Source of the DNA: Podarcis gaigeae
Lineage: Eukaryota
DNA: 64,000 bases
NCBI GenBank assembly: GCA_964106915.2
Contig: OZ066916.1
Strand: one strand, 5' to 3'
The position numbers and the translations under genes were made by a program. Each line of letters starts with the position of its first letter. Position 1 is the first letter of the stretch. The notes under the pieces were generated by a model. It saw only the letters and a list, made by a program, of their open reading frames with translations. It was not told the DNA's origin and did not search any database. Positions 36,602-50,600 of the stretch are shown in pieces.

Positions 36602-37277
36602 TGAGGAACCTGGTCTTTCAGAGAGCTCAAACTTAAACTGTGCAGGGCTCCTGTTGCAAAACAAGGTTGGTCCCTGGAATAGGTTATGTATGAAGCACAT
36701 CCCTCTCTCTTCCTTACCTGCCCCCTTTCCGCTACAGCCACCACAACCTGCTGCTGCTGCTGCTGTGGGGAAGTGCTGTATAACCTCCACCTGTCTCAGG
36801 AGGAATCGGGCAGCAAGGAAGTGCATAGGCCAGCATTCAACTTGCCAGGATGCTGCAGCCACACATACCCTGTAAAGAGTCTCCCCATGCTGTCAAGGTG
36901 CTTTGAGGTCCCGTTTTATAATTCACCAGTGGACAGTCACGTAAAACAATTGTTTCCCAAGGCAGAGTTACAATTAGCTGGATGGAAGCTGCTCCTTAAG
37001 TGTGCTTGAAATTGCCACGTCGTTCTCATTTGCCAGTGCTGAAAGGAGGAATAGACTGTCTCGCTAATGCTACAGCCAGCTCTGCTTTCTTATTAGTCAG
37101 CCCCAAGCATGCCTACAATTTAAGATGTGAAAGGGGAACAGACCTTTCTCTCTGGTCTTTTGGACACTCCCTAGGCAGCACACCCTTCCCTGTTCCATGC
37201 CCTCCTTAAGAGTTTGGCTGGAATGCATCCTTGAACTGTGGTAATGCCCCTTGTTTACCTGGATGGAGAACAGAGAA

Positions 37278-37279
<2 letters not shown>

Positions 37280-37323
<44 letters not shown>
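37280..37323. repeat. (GT)n microsatellite
   Basis: Direct observation. Confidence 0.95.
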
Positions 37324-37326
<3 letters not shown>

Positions 37327-37394
37327 AACCTTTGACTTGACTTGCTGGAATGCAAGCTGCTATACAATGGTAAGAGTCACACCTGTTGCTCCAC

Positions 37395-37722
37395 TGAAAT
37401 ATAGTCAGAGTCCTGTAGTGATTTCATGCTCTTTATTGCAGCTTGTAAAACAGTGATTGAATTGCCCCCCAAACCTCAGGCTTTTATATACATTATTTAC
37501 ACAATGAGTCCCGTCTGATTGGCTGATTCTGCTTCCCTCCTGGAGCCTGATTGGTCTTTTCCTGCAGGCCAATCAGTTGTTGCATTCTACGATCCTACCA
37601 GCCCAATAGGCTGATTAACTTCCTCCTGGAGTCTGAGTGGTCTTTTCCTGCAAGCCAATCAGTTGTTGCATTCTAGGATCCTACTTGCCTATTGTTCTAG
37701 GATCCAAGCTTAGTACATAACA
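37395..37722 (-). mobile_element. Solo LTR (328 bp)
   Basis: TG...CA ends; minus strand has CCAAT boxes, TATATAAAA (37481-37490) and AATAAA (37432-37437) in LTR order; flanks tccac/cccac. Confidence 0.75.
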
Positions 37723-39505
37723 CCCACCCACTTTTGCTTCTAGCCCCACCCACCCCTGGCAAGAGGCATGCTGAATATTCCCCATGAGGGAACATGGCTC
37801 CAGCCAGAAAAAGGTTCTCCACCTCTGGGTTTAACATTCAAACAGCCATATATTTTCTTCAAGACTCCAAATGCACATTGAGGCCACCAGATCCGCACCT
37901 TCCTAAGGGCTAGGCGGCATCTACCCAGCCACTAGAGGAAAACTGATTTCTAAAATAGAAAAGCGCTGGTCTGATCCAGCAAGGCAAGCCCCATGCTATG
38001 ATTAAGCCAGCAACTTTACAATTTATTTTAAATTTTATCCGGAAACTCTGAGAATGGGATTGCTGGTGCATTGATTTTGCATTATCTGAATAGGGAATCT
38101 AATTATTTGTGGGAGGAGAGCATGAGCAGTCCTCCGACAATCTTTGGGAAGCTTGTGAAGCCTTCGATGCAAGAAGGGAAAGGTACCTGGGAAAGATCGT
38201 TTGCAAAGTTACCGCTCCCACGAATCTAGGGGAACATTTCCTGAATTACCTGTTGGTTTGTGAGAGATGGCTTGTGCACAGAGAGCAGCTGCTTCATGAG
38301 CACATTTGCCGTCCAGGGTGGGGGACAAATATCAGGCTCGGGAACACCAAGTGCTCTTGCCCAGCAGCTCCTATTTGTTTCAATGAAGTTTGCCCTGCAG
38401 AACTTCCTTGTGCCTTGTGTCTGTTGGAGGAAATGCCCTGAGCCACCCCAATATTGTGGAAATTGGAAAGCATACTTTCATGTTTGTTAAAGCTTTACTC
38501 AATAACATTCATTAAAGAAAGAACCCTAACTCACGTTCCACAGACATATTTTTATGTTGCTATTTTTAGTTACAATAGGTATTATTTTAAATTTGCAGTA
38601 AATTACATAGATTAGCATGCACTAAATTACATGAATTAGCAACGTCCCATCTCCTAACCTGGGACCGCTGGCAGGCTCAGAAGAAAAATCTATTGCTGCA
38701 CAACTGTGTTTTTGAAATCTGCACCGCAACCTGCAATCGGGAGCTATTTTTCTATCCCAGCTCATGCTTCTCAATTCATTCCCTTCTTTTTAGCTACTCT
38801 TACAAGGAAGAATAAAAAAAAAACCCTCTCTCCTTGAGATTAATTAGCCACACACAAACTGCAGCCAAATGGTGCAACCATTGCAGCACCTGATCTCGGG
38901 AGGGTTTCGCCAGATTAATACACCTCCAACCACCTGTGCCACCTCCCATTAATCTGAAAGACAATGACAGAGCGGTATCAAAACCCTGCATTTAATTAAG
39001 CAGAAACAAATTGCCACACACCAGCACACCTCCACCTTGTTCAACAGGCTACATCAGAAAGACCTGTCATACAGAAGAGGGCCATCATGATGCAGCTGTC
39101 TCCAATTTTGGAACATACACAACCCTACATGTAAAGAAGCCCACCAGGGAGTTCTTCCCCCTCAAGCTTTTCAAATCCTGTTGAAATGTTCTGTTGGTGG
39201 GTGGGGATGGTTGGCACCATCGATCCAAAACATGCATTCTAGCAAAGTCTCCAGCTGCATTTTGCTCACCTTTTTTGAGCCAAATTACGTTGCAAAAATT
39301 AAGGTGCGCATTACGTTCAATGACACATTCACGTCTGCCAGCAAATACTTTTTTGTTTTGTTTCAAGGTTCTGGAAACCAAGGTGCACATTTGATTTGAT
39401 GGCACCTTAAGAGTCGAATATATACTAGTCATTACGGGAACAACAACAACAACAGACTAGGGCTGTTTTCCTCTTGTCCTCCCTATGAGCTTCTCCTAAG
39501 TATCT

Positions 39506-39690
39506 GGAAAGATCTGTAGCTCAGTAGCAAAGCATCTGCTTGGCATGCAGAAGGTTACAGGCTCAATCACTTGCGTGTGCAGGGAGGGCTGGGAATTTTT
39601 CCTGCCTGAAACCCTGGAGAACTGTTGCCAATCAATGCAGACAATACTGAGCTAGATGAACCAATGGTCTGATTCAGCATAGGGGCTTCT
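39506..39690 (+). mobile_element. tRNA-derived SINE (Squam2-like)
   Basis: gtagctcagtagcaaagcatctgct...ggctcaatc head; body ends actgagctagatgaaccaatggtctga. Confidence 0.7.
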
Positions 39691-42600
39691 CCAGACCCCC
39701 TTATTCAACTTTCATCCAGATTTGTATCAACAAAGTCTTCATGGAGGTTATATCTGGCCTTTACTGAGGATTTGTTCCGACTTCTTTACGGGGCAGTTAG
39801 ATAACAATGAGCTTTCATCTTGCAGGGAACCTTCCTTGGTCTTGGTATGAACCAGTAGGGCTGGAGATTGGCAGGGCTGAGCATGGGACCTTCTTCACAT
39901 AAAGCACGAGCTCTGCCATTAGCCACAGGGAAGGCAGATGGGTATACTGGGGAAGAAGTGGTGGCACACAGAGAAATATTGCTGCCACTGCTGCAAGGCT
40001 GCTACAACCAAGGATTTATCGGTGGGGAGGGGGAGTAGCCCCACAGCTGGAACAAGACCACAGGTTCTGATCAGTCCTATGAACCTATCTGGCAGCTGGA
40101 TGCACCACAACAGAATAACTTCCCACCATGGAAAGTCGTGTATATGTAATTTAGTACCCTTCCATTGTTTCAAGCCCTGAAAAGCTCACTCTTTCGCCAA
40201 CAGACTTCCAATTGTCCAAGCCTAACAACTGAATTTTGCTCCTAAGATCTACAGGGTGTGGAACAAATTATAGGCTGGAGACAACAATGAAGTGCAGAAA
40301 GAGGATTTATTAAAGTGCATGCAGCATGGAGAAAGCATGGAACTCTTCCCTTATAATACAGAGAGTGCAATCCTATAACCTTTTATGGAAATGGCTGATA
40401 GAATTAAAACTGAGAAGATTGAAAATAAGGGTCCTATTCTCTCCCCTCTTCCCACTCCTTGCACAATTAACCCACTAATTTCCTATTTGAAGAACAAGAC
40501 AACTAAGATCGGAAGTGACAAATTAAAAGAATTTATGTTAATTGTTGATAACCAGTATGTCCATGGGTGAAACTACCTGCCTTGCATATGGACTACACAT
40601 TGTAGTAGCACATGGTTGAGCATGAGTCTCCATTTCGTTTGCCTAATTCATGGCGTATGAATTTTGCTTCAAGTACAGTTGTAAGAAAGAAAACACCACT
40701 CCTGACAAAAGTAGCTGGTCAGGGCCAATCCCTATAATATTATTTGCCAGCATGGGGTCTTCCTGGAATAAAGATGGAAAGTAAGGTTCATTTCTCTGCA
40801 GTAGGGCACACACTCGGCATAAATAAAATATCCTAGATTCAATCCCCAGGATTTGCAGAAGGAAGATTTAAGTTCAGGCCCAAGACATTTCATGTTACTC
40901 TTGAAAGTAAAAGAATTTGCTATACTAAAACATGCCCCTGAATAAGGTTTATTCTGAAATATATCAGTCCTGAAATAAATAACTCTTCTAACATCTGGGA
41001 GTTCCTCTTTCTTCCTTTCCTCGCAATAGTGATTTCCCCCATTTTGTGGTCACTTTTCTGACTCCCTATGAGGCACCTTCATATCACATAATATTTCAAC
41101 ACTGAAATTGGCCACTCCAGTTACTTTAGAAACATCCCCCAACCAAAAGGCAACCCAGATTTTCTCCTTTAGGAGAAGCTGAGAAAGTATGTTCCAGTGA
41201 GATGCGGCAGACAGCAACATGGCCTTGGACACGGTTCCCAAGGATTAAAATCTACGGCACACTGTGTGGCCTTAAGCAAGTAATTATCACTTAACCTCAG
41301 TTCTTCACCTATAACAGTGGAGAACAATAAAGTTGGAATTCACAGAGCAGATACAGAAATTAATGAGATAAGACACTGTGAAATGCTTATATGTTAAATG
41401 TTCTTTTTAAATAGTTAGCAGCAATTTTGGAACCTGCCAAAAATGGTTTTAAACATATATTTTAAAACTATGTGATTTCAGCTGTTAATTAGCAATCAGC
41501 TTGCCTGATAATTAGAGGTATCAAATGCTGCATATGGTGTCTTTTCTCCTTTTTAAAGAAAACACAGGGGCTTCAATATGTTGGCTTGTCAAGGTTCCCA
41601 CTCTTTAATGAGATCACATTCTTGCAAATAGTGACTTCCAAGCCCTTAATTCCTCTCTTGCCTCAAACCAATATTACTACTCCCAAGCAAAGCTACTCAG
41701 CTAGTATTACCAACACTTCAGCTGCATGCCAACACTCTTGACCTTTAAAGAGCTCAACTGGTTTGAAACAACATTCCTAATTGCTTTTACTTATAAGGAT
41801 TGTCTGATAGGGCTCCTTGCTCAAGTCAATTATGTAACTCATTGTAAGGCAGCCTAAAAACCTTCTAAGACAAATCATAAAGAATCCAGGCCTTGGAATA
41901 AGCAAAATCTGTCATCCTAAATGTTTCAGCTGGTGTATCTGCCATCAGTGCTGTGCTCGGCAACACTGAAGTGATGCTGCTGCCTGACTACAGCTTCCTG
42001 AGTCATATAAACAGATGCACTCACTATATCCTGGAGAACATGCTTCCATCTCGCCCAGTACTCTCCACTGGTCTGATCAGCAGTAGCTATCCTTTAAACT
42101 CAAGCAGGTGTTGCTGAACGACAGCAGCAAAGGTTCCCCATACCTGAGGAGGTAGAGCATGTGCTCTGTCACTAAGCTAGTGGCTTTTTCCCTAGTCTAC
42201 TAAAATGGCGAATTTTAGGTCAACCTTTGCCATCCTGTTATCCTCCAGATGTTTGGGACAACTCTTATCAGCACAGCCATGTTGGGTGGGGCTGATGGGG
42301 AATTTTAGTCTGAAACCCCTGGAGGACACCAAGTTGGCAAAGGCCGAATTAGACCATGAGGATCAAGTCCACTTAGAACTTCCATTTCCCCACCCAACCT
42401 CAACTGAAAAAGGAAGGGACTGTTGTCCCGAGGTTAGGGCAGCGAGACAGCTGCCCTAGGAAGATGAGCTGAGGTGCCCTTAAAGGGAGCAGATCTGAAC
42501 AAACCGGCACTATCCGCAAGCTCCATTACCACCAAACCTGGTGTTTCCAACTGCTGCCATATATAATCATTTTTGTCTTCCAAATGCTCAAACATGCTGG

Positions 42601-44681
42601 GAATGTGGCTCACCATCTTGGCTCAACCCACACTTCAAAGATTTCTCAGAGCCACCGTTTCAGAATGCATCTTGTTGTTCACATCGTGCTAATCTGAAAC
42701 TTTCCTGTCCAAAAGACCACACCCAATCCGTTCCAAATTTGGGCAAAATCTCACAGTGACAAAACTGGCCTTGAAAACATGGCCAGTGCAAATCACGAAA
42801 CAGCTAACCACATAGGAACGCAGTCATCTGATTGTTCCATCCTTCTGTCTTATCAGTCCTTCATTGCTGGAAACAGGCTGTCATTTTTTCCTGCTTTTCT
42901 CGTGACATGATGAAACTTCATCTGACCACAAGTCGGCTTTGCCATGCATCTGACCGCAAGATGCTCTTACAGCCAATTAGGCACCATGTTGAGGATCCAA
43001 ATTCAAAGCCTCCGTAAATACAAAGTTCAGTAGGTGGCCTTAAGCCAGCAAATTAAGCTACCTATGAAAGGGGTGGAGGGTGGCTAGAAAAGTGGAGACT
43101 TCTAGGAGCTAGGAATGCTGTGGAATGTTTAAAAGAAAAGGGGGAAAAAGCACTGTACCAAGTTGAGAAAAAAATATTTGAATCGTTTTGCAAAAGCGTA
43201 CAACAAGACCCCTTCTAACTTTGTCCACATGCCTGCTGCCGCCAGGGGAAATAAGAAAACAACTCCAACTGCACAGCCCATTCTTTTGCTCAGAGGGCCT
43301 TGGCAGGAGCAGCTCCTGAGAAGTCAGTGGCCTAAGGGTGATGTCAACCCAGGAAGACAAGGCAGAATGATGGGAAAGTCTGCCTGGGTGTTCCTGGCAT
43401 CATGTAGAACCCACTTGGTTTCTGTTCCCAATATTAGTCCTTAACAGGAATTTTAAAAATTACTATTTAGGCAGCCTTCCTGGGTCATCATCCTCTTGGA
43501 GGTCACACAAATAACATTAAGGAGAGAAGAGTAAGGAATGGATCAGAGCACGCAATGCAGCTCTGCTAATGCACCAGTTGCCTGGCTGCGAGACATCTTG
43601 GGAAGCCTACAAAAGCCACTGTTGGAGGAAGAAGTGGTGCGCAAGTTAGATAAATAAAACCGCTAAAGTTGTGTAGCCAGAAAAATGCTAGAGAAGTAAT
43701 TTAATAATCATAATCTTTCCAAGAGAACAATAATTGGGGTTTCAGCCTTTACGCAGACATTGCAATTCAAGAGGGAGCGCAGGATGCAATTTCCTAATGT
43801 TTTAATGATGTTTGAGTAGAGAGCAATTAGAACAACACTTTAAAGAGAAGGCACTACAGGGGATGGAAGGTCAATGCCAACTGATTAAAACAACAAAGGC
43901 TTGAGAGAAACTTAAGGCATGGCGTATGCACCTTGCACAAAGCAATATTCATTCCCAAAGACTCGGTTACCTAACAGCATCTTACTGCTGACAAGAAGCA
44001 CGGTGCAAAATGTCTAATCGGCTGACCACCACCATGAACACACACGCCATCTAAGCATCTGGACCATGTTATCAAGCTCTGTGGAAGCAGGAGAAATCTG
44101 CAAGTCTAATTACACCTTGGGATTACTAACATGGCATGCTCTAATAAATACTCCCCACAGCATCTGCTGATCTAATAACCAGCACTGGAAAATAGTGCAT
44201 GCTTATCTATGTGGTTATTAGCCCTCGCCAATTAAGAACCTAGCAAAGGCAGTGGGCTATGTCAGGCACAGTGGGTGGAAAAGGGGAGAGGAAGGAATAA
44301 GAGGAGAAATCGAGAATGTACCAAGACCACCAGCAGGCATTTCTCAAGACAGTGATCCACCTATTCCTTTCTGTTGCCATGGAGATCCAAAGACAAGTCT
44401 GCCTGGCAGCCTAACCCACTTCCCTTCGCTCACATTGCTCACGGCACGTGGGCTGGGCTGGGCTGGGGGCTCTTCTCTTGCTCCTATCATTGAAGTGTGC
44501 TTCATGAACAGATGCTTTGCATTATTCTGGAGTCCCACAGGTGCCCTTAGAGATTAAGGGGCATCAGTTTTGTAAAGCTTCCCAGGTCCCTGGCTCCTTG
44601 GTTTTTAAAAGCTTTGGAGATAACACACTTTCATAGGACAGTGAAAGAATCCGGAATTTTGCACATGCACACACACACACA

Positions 44682-45161
44682 CAGGCATCCTCTCACTTAT
44701 GTGCAACCACATATATGTGTGGTGCCGGGAAACAAACAAACAAATAAATAAATAAATAAATAAATAGAATCATACCAGGAAATGCTGGGAGAGACCTGGA
44801 AAGCCCTCCTGGCTCACAAGGAGACCTTCCCCAGAGCTTGAAGAGGGCATTGATGAGGGTGGAGGAAGCCCCAAAGAGACCTGAGGTGCAGCGGGGCTTT
44901 GTTTAGACTGCTCAGCCTCTCCGCCTAACAGCTGACACACAGGGTAGTGCAGCAGCAGCGGGACTCTCCCATGCATCCTCCAGCCAGCCCCAGAGCTTCA
45001 ACTCTAGATATATTGGGCTGGATTAGAGAGAGAGAGAGCTGGAGAGCAACAAATAGCATTTTGGGGCTTTTTAGAGGGTGCCCCCCCCCTTTATGCAATT
45101 TCACTTATGCGTGCAAGGGCTCAGAACATAACCCCTGCATAAGTGGGGGCAGGAGCGCCTG
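44682..45161. mobile_element. Old Tigger-like non-autonomous DNA element
   Basis: caggcatcctctcacttatg ... cataagtggggg..gagcgcctg|TA. Confidence 0.6.
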
Positions 45162-46202
45162 TACATATATGAGTATTTCCATCCTAACACCCTACACAGA
45201 AATACTTCTTTTCTTTTCTTTTCAGCCATCTGGGGCTTTGCAAGAGCTACTGAAAAGCTTGCCATCCATTTGCACATGCTTCTATTTCCTGAGTTTCCAT
45301 TTCATCTGTATTTTGCCTTCCACCAGCCCCTCAAATTGCTTTTGTACTTCAGGGAGTTTAAACAACTGTTTGGTGGTCCCATGGGGATTACAGCAGAGAC
45401 AAAACCTTCCACAACAACCGGGGGAAGGGGGTGGAGGGGTTGAGGATGGTTTGTGCATTCAACACAGGACTCTCTGCAACGGCTGGAGTTATAAACTTGC
45501 CACTTCCAGTGTTCTGACTCTGGGATTAGACATCCCCTCTCGTATCAGACATGCAACAGGTAAAGATCACAAGAGAAAAGTGCACCTGAGTTCACTAATA
45601 CCTGTCAAGCCTTCGATCTGGAGGCACATATTTTTATCCTTGTTTTTTTATTTCCCCTCTGCAGTTTTGAGATCTGGCATGTGGGCTTTTCCTATGTGGC
45701 CCCCATTAGCCAAGATTTGCCTAAGCAGGAAATAGACCAGTTGGCTATTAAAACAAAAGTAAAACGACATACATTACAGCAACCCTTTTGTGCCATTTTC
45801 AGCTGAAATGCTTCCACTTAAAAAACTGACAAACCATGAAGAGATCATTCAGTTAGGCAAGGTTCTGGGAGCACAAACACACAGGAGTAGTTGTGTCTCT
45901 GCCACCACCAAAATGGCAAAATAAAAGGAAGAATGCAAAATTTACGTATTATTTAAGATTCAAAAAGCAAAAGGCATCCAAATTACTCTTTCAGGCAGGA
46001 AAAAAGAAAAAAAACATTAATTAAATGCACCTAGAAACTGATTCCGCCTGCAAAGAAAAATATTTTAACAGAGACACTTGTTTGCTACAAGAACTGTAGC
46101 TAATTAAAATGTGCAAATGCAAAGTCAGTCTTCACGGTTATAATAGGTAACATTTTCAAAAATATAAAAAAATATTATACCTTGCACTTTTTCCAAACAA
46201 AT

Positions 46203-46577
46203 GGAGACTGAGCCTGCAAGCAGCCAACCTCTTCTCTGCCCTTTTCATGCCTCTTCTGGTTCTGGGAGACCATGCGGGGAGGGAGCTTGTCACAGCAGGA
46301 GGGGGAGACACCCATGACTCTTCACCAGCCCAACTCATCTCTGCTTCTCGGCCTCCCTCCTCCCGATTCATCTTCTGCCTCTGATTCTGGACTTCTCTCT
46401 GCCACAGACTCTCCCTGCTCCCTAAGCCCTGTTATCTCTTCTCAGCCTGCTCCCTCGTTTCCCTCAGACCGCTCATCATCATCCCACCACCACTCCCTGG
46501 GCTCTGAGCCTTCTTCCCTTGGTGGTTCCCCTGCTGGTTCCTCCCACCTTTCCTCTGCGTCCAACCAGTCCATGACA
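46203..46577 (-). mobile_element. LTR-like fragment (5' part)
   Basis: Minus strand begins TGTCATGG and is strongly purine-rich; explains the Ser/Pro-rich plus-strand ORF. Confidence 0.5.
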
Positions 46578-46614
46578 CGCAGCTAGAATAAGGCCTTTCA
46601 GCTGAGCTGCATTC

Positions 46615-46787
46615 TTTTTTAAAAAAATAATTATTAACAATTTCAACATATCAAAATATCAAAACATATCATATTCATCTACTATATTAAAAATCAATAA
46701 ATTTGTGCATGTTTATTCAAAACCTGCCAAGGAGTCCAATTCATTTTGTTGTCTTTTTAAATAATTTGTAAAAAGTTCCCATTCTTC
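46615..46787 (-). mobile_element. Short L1 3' end
   Basis: T-tract start; 17-bp TSD tcagctgagYtgcattc at 46598-46614 and 46788-46804; minus strand reads EEWELFTNYLK. Confidence 0.75.
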
Positions 46788-47029
46788 TCAGCTGAGTTGC
46801 ATTCATTCCCTATTTTTTTAGCTTGAGAAGCTGTTCCTGCAAAAATAAGCCCGAACAGTACCTGGTGAAAGAGATTTGCCAAAAGTGGTCACACAACATG
46901 CAAGATGATGAAGCAGGAGACCTGAAGCCAGCTACAGTTGGCCTGTCTAAAGTTATACTAACTCTGCCACTACTGCTCAGCATTTGGACACTGAAGTCAG
47001 AGCTCAAAAGCATTCCTCAGTGTAAAATT

Positions 47030-47433
47030 CAATTCAAAGTGTTGGTGCTGATCTTTAAAGCCCTAAACAGCCTCGGCCCAGTATACCTGAAGGAGCATCT
47101 CCACCCCCATTGTCCAGCCCGGACACTGAGGTCCAGCGCCAAGGACCTTCTGGCGGTTCCCTCGCTGCGAGAAGGGAGGTTACAGGGAACCAGGCAGAGG
47201 GCCTTCTCAGTGGTGGCACCTGCCCTGTGGAACGCCCTCCCACCAGATGTCAAGCCAATAAACAACTATCTGACTTTTAGAAGACATTTGAAGGCAGTTC
47301 AGTTTAGGGAAGTTTTTAATGTTTGATGTTTTATCGTTGTTTATGGTGATGATGATGATGATGATGATGATGATGGGAGCTGCCCTGAGTGGCTGGGGAA
47401 ACCCAATGAGATGGGCAGGGTATAAATAAATAA

Positions 47434-47476
<43 letters not shown>
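47030..47476 (+). mobile_element. Young L2 LINE, 5'-truncated, with (GAT)n and (ATT)n
   Basis: QFKVLVLIFKALNSLGPVYLKE...FREVFNV*. Confidence 0.9.
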
Positions 47477-47477
<1 letters not shown>

Positions 47478-47623
47478 ACAAGGGGAGTACAACAAACTGT
47501 TTGCTGCTTCTGTTGTTCTACAGTGGTTGCCATCATAGTGAAAAAGCCCCAACATTGAGGAGTAAGAGCCTACCTTGGTTTCATGCCTGAAACAGTGAGC
47601 TGAGGTTGTGAAACTGCAGCAAT

Positions 47624-47625
<2 letters not shown>

Positions 47626-47663
<38 letters not shown>
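47626..47663. repeat. (GT)n microsatellite
   Basis: Direct observation. Confidence 0.95.
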
Positions 47664-47667
<4 letters not shown>

Positions 47668-50600
47668 GATTAAAATGTTACATAAAGTCAAATGCTGGAA
47701 TGACCGGGCATTACACAACACCACAAATAGGATGGTCATACATGCTACAGTCTCTGCACACAAGAAGCTAGTCGAGCAAAAAGAGGAACGGGGGGAGGAA
47801 CCAAGCACCGCAGAAAAAAGTGAGAATAAAATAAGTAAGAACGCACCACATTTCAGAGTGAGACAAAATGAAACTAAATGCTCCCTATGGCTGCTGGTTT
47901 CTCCATCATCCACTGGGTACAAAGCAGGCCTGTGGTTTCACAAGTGTATGAGAAAAAGAAAATAAAAAGGACCCAGGACTCTGAACTTTGCTCTGAACAG
48001 TCAGCAGAACCACATAGTAGAGGCCTTTCTTCATTCCAGATGACGGGGTGGAGAACTGAATTTGTGAAGGAAGAAGTCCCTGCACACTGACAGCTAGCAC
48101 ATCAGGGAGACAGAGGTTATTAAGCTACGCTGGAAAGGAGACAAAGCAGGCGCTGGGAGGCTGCTCTTCAGCTACATCCAAATGTGTTCCAATTCATATA
48201 GATTTCAGAGCTGAGCTAACACTTAAGATTGCGCCCTGTTACTGGGACAACTCGCCACAGTAATTGTCACCGTGAGGCCACACTTTACTCACCGTCTCTG
48301 AAACTGAGAAGCAAGACATCAGCCAGCGGTGGAGCGACGCTCAGATCGTGCAACAGGAAGCCAACGCAACAGAAAAACAATACATCTTACTTTCCCCATA
48401 TCTGCAGGTGATGTAGAATCCATATTGTTCTTGGAAAGAGGCAGAAATATCCAGTCTACTGTACTTTGGCAGACCCATGTCTAGGCAAACAAAGCAAGGC
48501 AGCTGGCTCAAGAGATGAATTGTCTCAGCCTGGGGGCGTTGTTTGGGTTAAGAAACAAATATGATGGAACTGGTCGAGTATGGAGGGGAAAGGGCCATCG
48601 CTATTATGAAAGACTTAACGTTTTATGGATCAATTCAGCCAGTTTATACAACACGCTTTACTGTGTGCGTGTGCAGAATTTAACAAAAGGAAGTATTTTG
48701 GAAGGAATCTTACAACTTTTCCGCTGGTTCAACTCGCTCATTAAATGGTCCGGTTTTGAGGGGGGAAATGTCAGCCATTGAAAACACTCTTTCGCTAAAG
48801 CAACATCCATCTGACAAACATGGATGGTGGTTCTGGAATCAACAGGATTTTGCCTAAACCGTGAAAACAGAAAGACAGCGTAGCAAGGAGAGAAGCCCAG
48901 AAACACAGGTCTCTAAGCGCTCGTAACAGGAGACTGGAGCGATTTCAGATTAAACAAGGCTATAAAATACATTAATTTCACTGCTGGCACCTATTTGCCT
49001 CTATGCCATTTTGATTATTGCCTACACTGACTCCCTTTAACTTTTATCCATATGCACATTTGCAAGCTCAAAACCAGTTTGGGATAATTTGGTCGGACTC
49101 TTCTTATCCTCCACAGTGAAAAGAATGGAGGAATCAAAGCACAGGAGATGTAGATTTGCAGAAACGTTCCGTCTGATAATATACTCCCAGTCCTAATCAG
49201 ATAAGATGATTTCACATCTACAAATTGATGTTCTCTCTGTTTAATAACTGCTCGTCAATACCTTCCTCCCAAGAGCTCAGAATGGATTAAACTTCACAGC
49301 TCCCCTGCAAGGAAGTTTTGGCTAAAAAATTGTGACTTCCACGTAAACTCAAGTTACCATCTCCCTGTGAACTTGAACTCAAATCAGGGTTTCCCACACC
49401 CAAACCTCAATTCTCCAGCCACAAAGACTTCCACAGCTCCACTCTCAATATGCTTTCTCTATTATATATTGATATTTACCTTGCTCCTCAGCCTCCTTCT
49501 GGTATGTTGACCTTCTGGTATGAACACAGAAGGCTTGAAGGGCTATTGCATCTCAATAATATAGTAGTTAACTATTCCAGGTTGAACAAAGAATAAAACA
49601 CCGTGATTATCTGCCACCTTTTCAACTCATGTTTTGAAACCCATCCTCCACTACCGCTTCTACCATATTCCCCTTTCACTTTGGCACCTCCTAACTCTCC
49701 TTTAGTTATCATGTCACAGATTCCTTTAGTGTGTGTGGACTGGTTGGCTCACAAGTGGGGTTTTTTAAGCCTAACATTCTTGGAGCCAGAGATTCTGCAC
49801 ACTGAAACAGCTGCAAAACACACAGTGAAATCAGAACCTGAAGCTTCATGCCAGAAAAGCTACCCCTGTTGAATTTCTGTTAAAAAATAAAAAGCTTTCT
49901 ACCTTCACAAGGGCTACATACATAATATCATGAAGGCTACTTCTTGTCTGTTCAGAAAAACTAACATGCATTCAGCAGCTCCTAAAGAATACAACCAAAC
50001 CATTATCTATAGTTATAGCTATATCCACATCTATAGACAGATACAGAATAGCATCTTACATTAGAATTTTAAACTAAATTAAGACTGCAGTACTAAACAT
50101 ACACATCTGGATGTGAAGAAGGCATAAATGACTTCTGGGAATATAAATCTATTTTAAGAACTGCAAAGGTTCTCTTCAACATTAGCCCTACTCAGACTAG
50201 AGAGTAATTGAAAATGGACTGATGAGCTTAGGTCCATTAAATGCAACTGGTCTACTCAGAGTGTAACATAGTTGGATACAAACCACGGCATTTATATAAA
50301 AGAGGAGAATTCTGTTTGGGAACCTAAGAAGAGTAATCACATACACAGTAAGATACTACTAGAATTTCAGTGGATTTTCCTTGTCAGTTCTTAATGACAT
50401 TTCGATAAAGAAACAAAATGATCAGTGAACGGCCCAAGAGTCTTCAGAGATCATGCCTCAAACATCATGGAACGGTTTGCTCTTTTCACTAGTGGTTGTT
50501 GTCTCAAGATCACAACACCAAAATGACAACTTCTGAATCTTGACTGTTTAAAGACTCTTACCAATACCATGGCTACCAGGCTAAAGATCATATAGCTTTA

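Noticed and set aside
44947-45735. 262-aa ORF
   Set aside because: Starts inside a DNA-transposon remnant, has no domain signature or coding-like composition; probably chance
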